Assembly (NCBI GenBank): GCA_964490075.1
Contig: CAZBBK010000031.1
Coordinates: 1-63,829, forward strand
Direction: 5' to 3'
DNA length: 63,829 nucleotides
DNA from: an uncultured Gemmatimonadota bacterium
GTDB lineage: Bacteria > GCA-2686955
Of this stretch, positions 35,901-44,330 are shown piece after piece. The translations under genes and the position numbers were made by a program. The number at the start of each line of letters is the position of its first letter. The stretch's first letter is position 1. The notes beneath the pieces were generated by a model. That model was not told where the DNA came from. It worked only from the letters and a program-made list of their open reading frames with translations, and did not search any database.

Positions 35901-37910
35901 TGGGACGACGCCCTGGCGACCACCCGCAGAGGGCGGCTGATCTGCGAGCGCATCGGGGAGCAACGCCAGCGCATCGGCTTCCACGTGACCGCGGGCCTGG
36001 TGCTCCTGGGGCGCGGCGACATCTCGGCCGCGGAGGACGAGCTGCGCGCTTGCGTCAAGCTTTGCGAACGATCCGGCCAGCGCGAGGCCCTGGCGGTGAC
36101 GCAGGGCAACCTGGGCGACTGCGCCATGGCACGGGGTCAGCTCGACGAAGCCAGCCGGCTCTACGAGGAGGCGCTGGCGATCGCCGTCGACTTGGGGCTC
36201 GGCGACGAGCAGACCGAGAACCTGCGGCGCCTCGCCGAATGCCATCTGCGGCTCGGCGATCCGGCCCGGGCGTGGAGCCTGGGACGGCGCGCGGCGCGCC
36301 TGGCGCGGCGCCAGTCGGGCAAATTCGAGCACGCCCAGCTCTTGCGGATCGTCGGCCTGCACCACGAGATCGGCGGCCGCCAGCGGCGCGCCGCCGCCGT
36401 CCACGCCCGCGCCCTCGAGACCCTCGACGAGCTCGGTCGCAGCTTCGAGGCGGCGCGGGTGCGGCTGCGGATGGGGGTCGCGATCTGCCGCGGCGGCGAT
36501 CACGCGGTCGGCCTGAAAGAGATCGCCCGCGCCGAGCAGGTGTTCAAGCGTTTCGGTGCCCGCGGAGAGCTGGCGCGGCTCGCCGAGGAGCGCCAGGCGC
36601 TGCAGCAGGTCGCCGAGGGGGCCGGAACGCGCGCTTTCCGCAAGATGGAGATCCTGCTGGAGGCCAGCCGGGCGATCAACGGCGCGGTCGAGATCGACGA
36701 ACTCCTGGAGTCGGTGGTGGACGGCGCGGTGGAGGTGAGCGAGGCGGAGCGCGGCTTCCTGGTGACGCGCGACGAGCAGGGCGAGTTCCAGTTCCAGGTC
36801 GCCCGCCATTCCGAGGGCATCAGCGGGCGCGCCGGAGAGGTGTCGAAGTCGGCGCTGCGCCGGGCCTTCGACGAAGCGCAGCCCTCGGTGATCACCGATG
36901 TGTCGGCGGCGGGGGAAGATCAAAGCGCGAGCGCCGCCACCACCGATCCGACCCGCAGCATGCTCAGCCTGGAGCTGAAGTCGATCATGTGCGTGCCGCT
37001 GCTCCTGAAGGAGCGGGTGGTGGGCGCGATGTACGTCGACAACCGCTGCTCGCCGGCCACCAGCTTCTCGGCCGACGACCTGAAGCTCCTGGAGTCCTTG
37101 GCCAGCATCGCCGCCACCGCCATGGAGCGCGCCCGTCTCTACAGCCGCCTGCTCACCAACTACCGCTCCCTAGAGCGCTCCAAGACCGCGCTCGAACAGG
37201 CCTTCACCCGGCTGCAACAGACCCGCGAGGGATTGATCCAGGCCGAGAAGATCGCCTCGATGGGACAGCTCGCCGCGGGCATCGCCCACGAGCTGAAGCA
37301 GCCGCTCACCGCGATCATCGGCCGGCTCGATATTCTGGCGCTGGAGCAGCTCTCGGAGCGCGGGACGCGCAACGTCGAGGTGACGATGAAGCAGGCGCTT
37401 CGAATGCGCAAGCTGGTGCAGTCGATGAACAGCTACGTGCGCCAGTCGACCGGCGACAAGGAGCCGATCGATCCCTGTCTCGCGGTGCACGAGGCACTGG
37501 CGCTGCTCGCCGAACGCATCCGCTCCGACCAGATCGAAGTGTCTCTCGACCTGGAGGAGAGCGATGCCCGAGTGATGGGCGACGATGCGCAGCTCCAGCA
37601 GGTGATGATCAACCTGATCGCCAACGCCGCCGATGCGCTGGAGGAGCGCGACCAGCGACAATTGAAGATCGAGTCCAGAGCCGGCGATTCCGCGCTCGAG
37701 CTGCGCATCACCGACAACGGCGCCGGCATCCCTCGGGATCGAATCCACACCATCTTCGAGCTCTTCGAAACCAGCAAGCCGAAGGGCAAGGGGACCGGGC
37801 TCGGTCTGGCCATCGTGCGCGGCATCATCGAAGAGCACGGCGGCAAGATCGCCGTTTCGAGCACGCTCGGCGAAGGCACCACCTTCAGGATCGAGCTGCC
37901 GCGGGTCTGA
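32997..37910 (+). CDS. Hybrid Ser/Thr kinase - AAA ATPase - TPR - GAF - histidine kinase
   Basis: HGDLKPDNIL, DLG, GTPDYMAPE; GAPGSGKS; TPR helices; SIMCVPL..GAMYVDN; AHELKQPL, NLIANA, DNGAGI, GTGLGL. Start moved to ATG 32997. Confidence 0.92.
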   Translation: MPIEQESTPNPTTTRPAELVAGRYLVREELGSGAEGVVWRVEDRFAGSDAALKRAHEGEEDRAAALKLQYRHLARVRHPNVASVDDFGFDERRRPFFTMEVLDAEPLTAEGLRGDLGALLRCAAQVAEALDALHGARLVHGDLKPDNILLAGGAEPRVVLADLGLAAAPGVRPRVSGTPDYMAPEVALGEHCDGRADLYSLGATLFEWIAGHPPFADQSTAEVMRRQVEEPAPRLSSVVDEVPEVLDELVARLLEKDPDARARSGRQVVDALEAAAQSRGIQAITPAGLLTGLFRGRDAELRALRGAWVRARRAGALRTLALTGAPGSGKSRLLDELEWRARLTGAWVGRSACDPDDCDVYAALARAVAPLAARLSESQRDAWARQFPGACVLGVGAAAGCPAPVQVHEALIELCARLPGAALVIIDQAEHASVELREVLATLAAAPGEGRGLVVYARGRARSDRRRPPRALRKSEQAEADDAAQAWERIEEGLRVVALDDLSDAATLSLTREMLGAGRLSERFQELVRTEVKGCPGRLVRLLLGLTAQGSLTRTGGAWTAELNHLSWSAEGISLDDGEQEAIARLTAGLEALPRALLLSCAVLRRGDLELVAEMAGVVPARVAQVIAIHHKSGVIELDRQGAFQVRSRGLCEAIIAQSSEEEVQSARAAAAAALAERSEADPLQVARLALGGRDLERAKGWVALALDALGSSSSQAAQRALIEGLIELEIERRAGPGERAETLWRAIDLIDGLGDHAAVEQLCEDLLGLADGLPDSVDVDLHRAHGWRWLADSKQARGQVEEAAAAVVRGLEVLGDPQPDEPPPRATERVHLLHLRAMLLIDGNRVEEAAALLESTLAELAPRTADPAEHAARIKGTLGQVRMRQGRSEQAAQITSEALSHYERVGDLARAASMHNLYGALAYRRNAWEAMISNFRKALRYSEQLGDVGGAMLMLSNMAYAEVEGGRWDDALATTRRGRLICERIGEQRQRIGFHVTAGLVLLGRGDISAAEDELRACVKLCERSGQREALAVTQGNLGDCAMARGQLDEASRLYEEALAIAVDLGLGDEQTENLRRLAECHLRLGDPARAWSLGRRAARLARRQSGKFEHAQLLRIVGLHHEIGGRQRRAAAVHARALETLDELGRSFEAARVRLRMGVAICRGGDHAVGLKEIARAEQVFKRFGARGELARLAEERQALQQVAEGAGTRAFRKMEILLEASRAINGAVEIDELLESVVDGAVEVSEAERGFLVTRDEQGEFQFQVARHSEGISGRAGEVSKSALRRAFDEAQPSVITDVSAAGEDQSASAATTDPTRSMLSLELKSIMCVPLLLKERVVGAMYVDNRCSPATSFSADDLKLLESLASIAATAMERARLYSRLLTNYRSLERSKTALEQAFTRLQQTREGLIQAEKIASMGQLAAGIAHELKQPLTAIIGRLDILALEQLSERGTRNVEVTMKQALRMRKLVQSMNSYVRQSTGDKEPIDPCLAVHEALALLAERIRSDQIEVSLDLEESDARVMGDDAQLQQVMINLIANAADALEERDQRQLKIESRAGDSALELRITDNGAGIPRDRIHTIFELFETSKPKGKGTGLGLAIVRGIIEEHGGKIAVSSTLGEGTTFRIELPRV

Positions 37911-37940
37911 GGGGGATCCGCAGGTCCCGTCGCTCATCTT

Positions 37941-37977
37941 CTCTTGCGCTCTCGGCGCCTTTGCGCCTTGGCGTTGA
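37941..37977 (-). repeat. Short imperfect 8-9-mer tandem repeat (CGCCAAGG CGCAAAGG CGCCGAGAG CGCAAGAG)
   Basis: Four degenerate units read directly in the intergenic region. Confidence 0.6.
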
Positions 37978-38158
37978 ATCTCCTCGGTTCCGGCTCCGCC
38001 AGACAACGCTCCCTCGCCCGCACCATGCCCGCCCCGGCGGCGCGCCCAGGCCGTAGCCATCCCGCCCCGCGACCTGGTAAACTCGTGGTTTCGTCCGATG
38101 GCGCAGTGCGCTCTCCGCCCCGCCATCTTCCCCCCCTTGTGTCCCAGTGGAGGACCCG

Positions 38159-39736
38159 ATGAACAATGAGCTCTTGCTCGGCGATGAGGCGGTCGGGCTC
38201 GGAGCGATCCATGCCGGCATCAGCGGTGTCTACGGCTATCCCGGCACCCCTTCCACCGAGATCTTCGAGTACGTCGCGGCGCAGGCCGCGCCCGAGGGCC
38301 AGATCCACGCCCGCTGGTCCACCAACGAGAAGGTGGCCTACGAAGAGGCGCTCGGCATGAGCTGGGCGGGCCGGCGCGCCCTGGTCACCATGAAGCACGT
38401 CGGCCTCAACGTCGCCGCCGACGCCTTCGTGAACAGCGCGGTCACCGGAATCAACGGCGGCCTGGTGCTGGCGGTGGCCGACGATCCCGGCATGCACAGC
38501 TCGCAGAACGAGCAGGACAGCCGCGCGCTCGCGGAGTTCGCGCACCTGCAATGCCTCGAGCCGCGCAACCAGCAAGAGGCCTACGATCTGACCCGTCTCG
38601 CCTTCGATCTCTCGGAGCGCTTCGGGCTGCCGGTGGTGCTGCGCCTGGTCACCCGCCTGGCCCACAGCCGCTCGGGAGTCGCGACCGCGCCGCCGCGCGA
38701 CCCGAACCCCCTCGCGCCGCGTCCCGACGCCGCCGCCTGGGTGCTGCTTCCGGGCCATGCGCGGGCCCAGTTCAAGGTCCTGCTGGAGAAGGAGCACCAG
38801 CTCGCCGCCTACGCCGAAGAGACCGAGCTCAACGAGCTGAGCCTGCGCGGCAGCGAGCTGGGGGTGATTTCCGCCGGAATCGCCAGCAACTACGTGGCGG
38901 AAAACCTCGGCGCCGAGCACCGCATCAGCCGGCTGCACGTCGGCGCCTACCCGGCACCGGCGGGCAAGCTGCGGCGCCTGGTCGAGCACGTCGACCAGGT
39001 GCTGGTGGTCGAGGACGGCCACCCGGTGATCGAGAAGAGCCTCGCCGGCCCGCTGCCGGCGCCGATTCCGGTGCTGGGCAGGCTCTCCGGCGACCTGCCC
39101 GCCTCCGGCGAGCTAACTCCCGACCTGGTGCGCGCGGCGCTCGGCATCGCCGCCCGCGAGCACGCCGTCGAGCCGCTCGCGGACCTGCCGGGCCGCCCCC
39201 CGGCGCTCTGCAAGGGCTGCAGCCACGCCGACACCTACCGGGCGCTGGTCGAGGCCCTCGGAGAGGATCGCTCGGTGCGCGCCTTTTCCGACATCGGCTG
39301 CTACACCCTGGGCGCCTATCCCCCCTTCGAGGCGATCGGCAGCTGCGTCTGCATGGGTGCCTCGGTCGGCATGGCGACCGGTGCCGCCCAGGCCGGCTTC
39401 GCGCCCGCGGTGGCGGTGATCGGCGACTCCACCTTCGCCCACGGCGGGGTGACCGGACTGATGAGCGCCCTGCACTCCGGCGCCGCCGTCACCGTGATCA
39501 TCCTCGACAACCACACCGTGGCGATGACCGGGGGCCAGGAGAGCCTGGCGACCGGGGAAACGCTGGAGCGTCTGGTCGTCGGCCTCGGGACGGACCCGGA
39601 GCATGTCCGAGTCATCGCGCCCCTCCCCAAGCAGCACGCCGCCAACACCGCGCTCATCGAAGAGGAAATCGCCCACCCGGGCCCCTCGGTGATCATCGCC
39701 CGGCGCGCCTGCATCCACGTCAAGAAGAAGTCGTGA
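38159..39736 (+). CDS. iorA: Indolepyruvate:ferredoxin oxidoreductase alpha subunit
   Basis: GYPGTPSTEI, WSTNEKVAYE, MKHVGLNVAAD, DDPGMHSSQNEQD, RPPALCKGC, DIGCY, GDSTF.H.G. ATG 38159 after GGAGG. Confidence 0.95.
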   Translation: MNNELLLGDEAVGLGAIHAGISGVYGYPGTPSTEIFEYVAAQAAPEGQIHARWSTNEKVAYEEALGMSWAGRRALVTMKHVGLNVAADAFVNSAVTGINGGLVLAVADDPGMHSSQNEQDSRALAEFAHLQCLEPRNQQEAYDLTRLAFDLSERFGLPVVLRLVTRLAHSRSGVATAPPRDPNPLAPRPDAAAWVLLPGHARAQFKVLLEKEHQLAAYAEETELNELSLRGSELGVISAGIASNYVAENLGAEHRISRLHVGAYPAPAGKLRRLVEHVDQVLVVEDGHPVIEKSLAGPLPAPIPVLGRLSGDLPASGELTPDLVRAALGIAAREHAVEPLADLPGRPPALCKGCSHADTYRALVEALGEDRSVRAFSDIGCYTLGAYPPFEAIGSCVCMGASVGMATGAAQAGFAPAVAVIGDSTFAHGGVTGLMSALHSGAAVTVIILDNHTVAMTGGQESLATGETLERLVVGLGTDPEHVRVIAPLPKQHAANTALIEEEIAHPGPSVIIARRACIHVKKKS

Positions 39737-39739
39737 TCC

Positions 39740-40582
39740 ATGGAGCTGAATCTCATTCTCGCCGGCGTCGGAGGCCAGGGGATCCTGTCGATCGCCTACG
39801 TCCTCGATCACGCGGCTCTGCAGAGCGATTTGCATGTCAAGCAGGCCGAGGTCCACGGCATGGCCCAGCGCGGCGGCGCGGTGCAATCGCATCTGCGCAT
39901 CTCCGACCGGCCGATCGACTCCGACCTGGTCCCCCTGGGGGCCGCCGACATGATTCTCGCCGTCGAGCCGCTGGAGGCGCTGCGCTACGCCCAGTACCTG
40001 GCCCCGAGCGGCGTGGTGGTCGCCTCGACCACCCCCTTCCCCAACATCCCGGACTACCCCGAGCCGCACGACATCTACCCGCGCCTCGAAGCACTCCCCT
40101 CGGTGGTGCTGATCGACTCCGAGCGGGTGGCGCGCGCAGCCGGCAGCCCCAAGGCGCAGAACATCGCCATGGCCGGCGCCGCCGCTCCGGATCTGCCGAT
40201 CGACCTCGCGCACGCGGAGGCGGCGATCGGGGCGCTCTTCGGCGCCAAGGGCGAGCGCATCGTCGAGGTGAACCTGCGCGCCTTTCGCGCCGGGATGGAG
40301 CTCGGCCGCTGCTACCGGAAGCTCGATGCCGGCGGCGTCGCGCGCGAGCGAATCCGGCGCTTCCAGGCCAAGCTGAAGGGCGGCGGTCCCGCGGAGGGCG
40401 ATCTGCCGCTCTGGGTGGAGCTGCTCGCGGGTGAATCGGGCGCGGCGCTGCTCGCGGCGCTGGAGCGGGTCGAAGGCGAGATTTCAGGCGATGGAGAGCT
40501 GGCGCACGCGCTCGGGCGAGCCCAGGGCCGCGTCGCGGAGATCGAGTCGGTGCTGCGGCGGGCGTCCGCGGGCGGGGTGTAG
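39740..40582 (+). CDS. iorB: Indolepyruvate:ferredoxin oxidoreductase beta subunit, with C-terminal extension
   Basis: AGVGGQG, EVHGMAQRGGAVQSH, EPLEALR, VNLRAF. Confidence 0.93.
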   Translation: MELNLILAGVGGQGILSIAYVLDHAALQSDLHVKQAEVHGMAQRGGAVQSHLRISDRPIDSDLVPLGAADMILAVEPLEALRYAQYLAPSGVVVASTTPFPNIPDYPEPHDIYPRLEALPSVVLIDSERVARAAGSPKAQNIAMAGAAAPDLPIDLAHAEAAIGALFGAKGERIVEVNLRAFRAGMELGRCYRKLDAGGVARERIRRFQAKLKGGGPAEGDLPLWVELLAGESGAALLAALERVEGEISGDGELAHALGRAQGRVAEIESVLRRASAGGV

Positions 40583-40869
40583 GCGCGACCCGCATCGGTC
40601 TTCGCGCCTCCTGTCGGGCCCCGCATCGAGATCCGGGCGCTCGGCCCGCCGCAATGTGCGCGTGGCATCCGACGACCTGGCGACGCCGAGATCGGAAGAA
40701 CAGATCAGGGACGCGGCGCAGGCCGCACGCGGCCGGCTCCCGGCGCCAGCGAGATTGACCCAGCCTCCAAATTGCGGCATTCTCACCCTCTTTGTCTCTA
40801 GTCGAATAGACCGGGCGACGAACGCCGAGCGGCGCGACGACACCCATCCCATCACGTACGGAGAGAGCA

Positions 40870-43536
40870 GTGAGCGCCTTCCAGAACACCTATCTTTTTG
40901 TCAAAGGCTGCAAATTCCCCGAGCTCGAATCGAAGACCAAGGACGAGCTCAAGACCCTCTGGGGCGGCAAGGGCTACGGCCTCTATGTCATGCATGGAGA
41001 GCTGGGGCTGCGCTGCCCGGCGGTGCTCAATCTGCCCACCTTCCACGCCCACCGCCTGGTGGACGGGCGTCTGCCCGAAGATCTGGTGCGCGACGTCCGC
41101 TCAGGACTGCAGGATCTCGAGCGTGAGACCGGCCGCAAGTTCGGCGATCCCTCCAATCCTCTGCTGGTCTCGGCCCGCTCGGGCGCCAAGTTCTCCATGC
41201 CCGGCATGATGGATACGATTCTCAACATCGGTTTGAACGATTCGATCGTCGACCAGCTGGCCCAGGGCGAGGTCGAGCGTTTCTGGCTCGACTCCTATCG
41301 CCGCCTGCTGCAGATGTACGGCGACGTGGTGCTGCAGATCGAGGAGCAGGGCGAGGATCCCTTCGAAGAGGCGCTCAGTGGACTGAAAGCAGAGCGCGGC
41401 GCCTCCGACGATCTGGAGCTGAACGCGGGCGATCTGCGGATGCTCATCAGCCGTTTCAAGGCGATCTACGGCAAGCACGGGCATCAATTCCCGCAACAGC
41501 CGGAAGAGCAGGTGATGCGCAGCGCCGAGGCGGTGTTCCGCTCCTGGAGCAACGAGCGCGCCATCTTCACGCGCCGCCAGGAGGGCATTCCCGACGATCT
41601 GGGAACCGCCGTCAACATCCAGGAGATGGTCTTCGGCAACAAGACCCCGCTGTGCGGAACCGGCGTCTACTTCACCCGCGACAAGAGCACCGGGCAGAAG
41701 AAAGAGACGATGGACGGCACCGTTCTGTTCCAGGCCCAGGGCGAAGACGTGGTGGCCGGCATCCGCAACTCCCTTCCCCTGGAAGCGCTGCGCGAGCACG
41801 AGAACGCCGACATCCGGGCCATCTACGACGAGCTCGAGGCGACCGGGGACCAGCTCGAGCGCACCTGCCACAATATGCAGGATACGGAGTTCACCATCGA
41901 GGAGCGGGATGGTACGCCGCTGCTCTACTGGCTGCAGATTCGCGACGGAAAACGCTCGGCCCGCGCCGAGTCGGTGATCGCGGTGGCGTTGACCGAGGAA
42001 GGCCTGGTCAGCAAGAACCAGGCGATCATGATGGTCAACCCGGAGCGTTTCGAGGAGCTGCTCTTCCCGCAGATCGACCCCGACGCGCGGGCGGCGGCGA
42101 CGCTGATCACCAAGGGATCGGAGGCATCCCCCGGCGCCGTCTCGGGCAAAGTGGTGTTCACTCAGGACAAGGCGCTGGAGCTCGCCGGTCAGGGCGAGGA
42201 TGTGTTGCTGGTGACAGTGATGACTTCACAGGAGGACGTGAAGGGGATGAAGGCCTCGCGCGGAATCCTCACCTCGACCGGCACCAAGGTTTCGCACGCC
42301 GCCATCATGGCGACCGCCTGGGGCATCCCCGCGGTCGTGGGTGCATCGGAGATCCAGATCGATCTCGCGAACCACCGTTTGACCTGCAAGGGCCGGGTGG
42401 TGAACGAAGGCGAGGTGCTGACGATCTCGGGCAGCACCGGCGAGGTGTTCCTGGGCCACGTGAACGCCATACCGCCCACCGAGCTCGATCCCGCCGCGCA
42501 ACAGATCCTGCGCTGGTCCGAAGAGGTCATGGCGCTGCACGTGCGCGCCAACGCCGAGGCCGCCGAGACCCAGGAGGCCCGAGACAACGGCGCGCGCGGC
42601 ATCGGTCTGTTCCGCACCGAGCACATGTTCCTGGGCGACCGTTTGCCGCAGATCCAGGCGGTGCTGAAGTCCGAGGACGAGGGCGAGAAGCAAGCCGCGC
42701 TCGACGTGATCTACGAGTTCTCGAAGGCGGACTTCAAGCACTCGCTGAAGGTGATGAACGGGGACGGGGTCACGATCCGCCTGCTCGATGCGCCGCTGCA
42801 CGAGTTCTTCCCGCATGAGAGCGGCTTCGTGCGCGAAGAAAATCCGATGCTGGGTCATCGCTCGGTGCGCATGGCGATCACCGAGCCCTCGATTCCGCGC
42901 ACCCAGATCCGCGCCATCCTCGACGCGGCCGCGGAGCTGCGCAAGGAGGGTCTGGATCCGAGGCCGGAGATCGAGATCCCTCTCGCCATCATCACCTCCG
43001 AGGTGCACGATATCCTCGCCGTGGCGGTGCAGGCGGCGCGCGAGATCCACGAGCTGCACGGCATCTGGGTGCCCTACGGCTTCGGCATCATGGTCGAGAC
43101 ACCGGCCGCCGCGGTGCAGGGCAAGGAGATGGTCGAGGCGCTCAGGGAGACCATCGAGGGGGCGCCCGCGGAGGCCCATCCGGCCTACGGCTTCGCCTCT
43201 TTCGGCACCAACGACCTCACCCAGACGACACTGGCGATCTCGCGCGACGACGCCGACAAGTTCCTGCCGCACTACGTGGAGCACGGCTTCTTCCCGCGCC
43301 ACCCCTTCGTCTCACTCGACCCGGTGGTCGAGGTGCTGGTGAAGAAGTTCGTCGACGACGCGCGCGCGCTCGATCCGGAGTTCGAGATCTTCATCTGCGG
43401 TGAGCACGGCGGCGACGTCTACACCATCGAGCGCCTGCACCTGATCGGCCTGACCGGGATCTCGATGTCGCCCGGAAAGGTGTACCGTTCGATCATCGCG
43501 GCAGCGCAGTCGCAGATCGCGCATCCGAGGAACTAG
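40870..43536 (+). CDS. ppdK: Pyruvate, phosphate dikinase
   Basis: PLLVSARSGA..SMPGMMDTILN, AQGEDVVAGIR, SHAA, GIGLFRTEHMF, FGTNDLTQ, ICGEHGG. Confidence 0.96.
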   Translation: MSAFQNTYLFVKGCKFPELESKTKDELKTLWGGKGYGLYVMHGELGLRCPAVLNLPTFHAHRLVDGRLPEDLVRDVRSGLQDLERETGRKFGDPSNPLLVSARSGAKFSMPGMMDTILNIGLNDSIVDQLAQGEVERFWLDSYRRLLQMYGDVVLQIEEQGEDPFEEALSGLKAERGASDDLELNAGDLRMLISRFKAIYGKHGHQFPQQPEEQVMRSAEAVFRSWSNERAIFTRRQEGIPDDLGTAVNIQEMVFGNKTPLCGTGVYFTRDKSTGQKKETMDGTVLFQAQGEDVVAGIRNSLPLEALREHENADIRAIYDELEATGDQLERTCHNMQDTEFTIEERDGTPLLYWLQIRDGKRSARAESVIAVALTEEGLVSKNQAIMMVNPERFEELLFPQIDPDARAAATLITKGSEASPGAVSGKVVFTQDKALELAGQGEDVLLVTVMTSQEDVKGMKASRGILTSTGTKVSHAAIMATAWGIPAVVGASEIQIDLANHRLTCKGRVVNEGEVLTISGSTGEVFLGHVNAIPPTELDPAAQQILRWSEEVMALHVRANAEAAETQEARDNGARGIGLFRTEHMFLGDRLPQIQAVLKSEDEGEKQAALDVIYEFSKADFKHSLKVMNGDGVTIRLLDAPLHEFFPHESGFVREENPMLGHRSVRMAITEPSIPRTQIRAILDAAAELRKEGLDPRPEIEIPLAIITSEVHDILAVAVQAAREIHELHGIWVPYGFGIMVETPAAAVQGKEMVEALRETIEGAPAEAHPAYGFASFGTNDLTQTTLAISRDDADKFLPHYVEHGFFPRHPFVSLDPVVEVLVKKFVDDARALDPEFEIFICGEHGGDVYTIERLHLIGLTGISMSPGKVYRSIIAAAQSQIAHPRN

Positions 43537-43628
43537 TCGCTCTCTGTGCTGGTGGCGGCGCCAGGGGTGGGACCCTGCGCGCCGCCCAGCCTGCATCGCT
43601 TCGGTCGTCGGGGGCAAGTAGGCGAGGA

Positions 43629-44234
43629 TCAGTCGCGCAGATAGCGATCGTAGAGGGTCTGGCTCACAAAAATCACCGAGGCCCAGGTGAAGAACTCCGA
43701 AGGTGTGGGCCAGTAGCGTCTGGGAACGTGGATTACATCGCCCGATCGGACGCCCGATTCGGTGGCGCTCGTGCCCTCTTCCATCGCGCGATGCAGATCG
43801 GCGTCGATCTTCTCGCCCAGGCGGCGGGTCTTCATCCCGCGCAGATTCCCGCGGTAGGTGGGTCCACCCGCCGCCGCGACCAGGTCGTTCAGGGTGTCGA
43901 AGCGACCGAGGAAGTAGGTTCCGGGGCGGGCGATCTCGCCGATCATATGAACCCGGATCCGCAGCTCGGCCCGCACCTCGACCGGACTGTGGAAGAACTC
44001 CGCGATTCTGTCCGCCATGAAGGCCTCGATGTCGTCACCCGGGATCTCGGCCACCGGGATCGCCCCGAGGGTCTGCAAGAACACCTCGCCCTGTCCTGAA
44101 ACCGGATATCTGCCCGCGAGCTCGGGGTGGCCGCGCACCGCGAGCTTGATCTCATCCCCCACACGCACCTGCCGAGCTTCGTCCACCGAGCTCAGGGCCG
44201 TAACCAACGCCAAGACGAGTAGAGCATTCACCAT
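43629..44234 (-). CDS. Wza-like polysaccharide export protein (Poly_export + SLBB)
   Basis: Signal peptide, VGDEI.L.V, IGEIARPGTY, AAAGG, SGDVIHVP, amphipathic C-terminal helix. Confidence 0.85.
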   Translation of the reverse strand: MVNALLVLALVTALSSVDEARQVRVGDEIKLAVRGHPELAGRYPVSGQGEVFLQTLGAIPVAEIPGDDIEAFMADRIAEFFHSPVEVRAELRIRVHMIGEIARPGTYFLGRFDTLNDLVAAAGGPTYRGNLRGMKTRRLGEKIDADLHRAMEEGTSATESGVRSGDVIHVPRRYWPTPSEFFTWASVIFVSQTLYDRYLRD

Positions 44235-44330
44235 GGGCGTAGTATACTCAAACCAGCCCGCGGCGCCCGGGATCGCGACTCGACACGGGCGATGATCCCC
44301 CCGGCCAAGGCATGCGAGGGACTCGAAACA

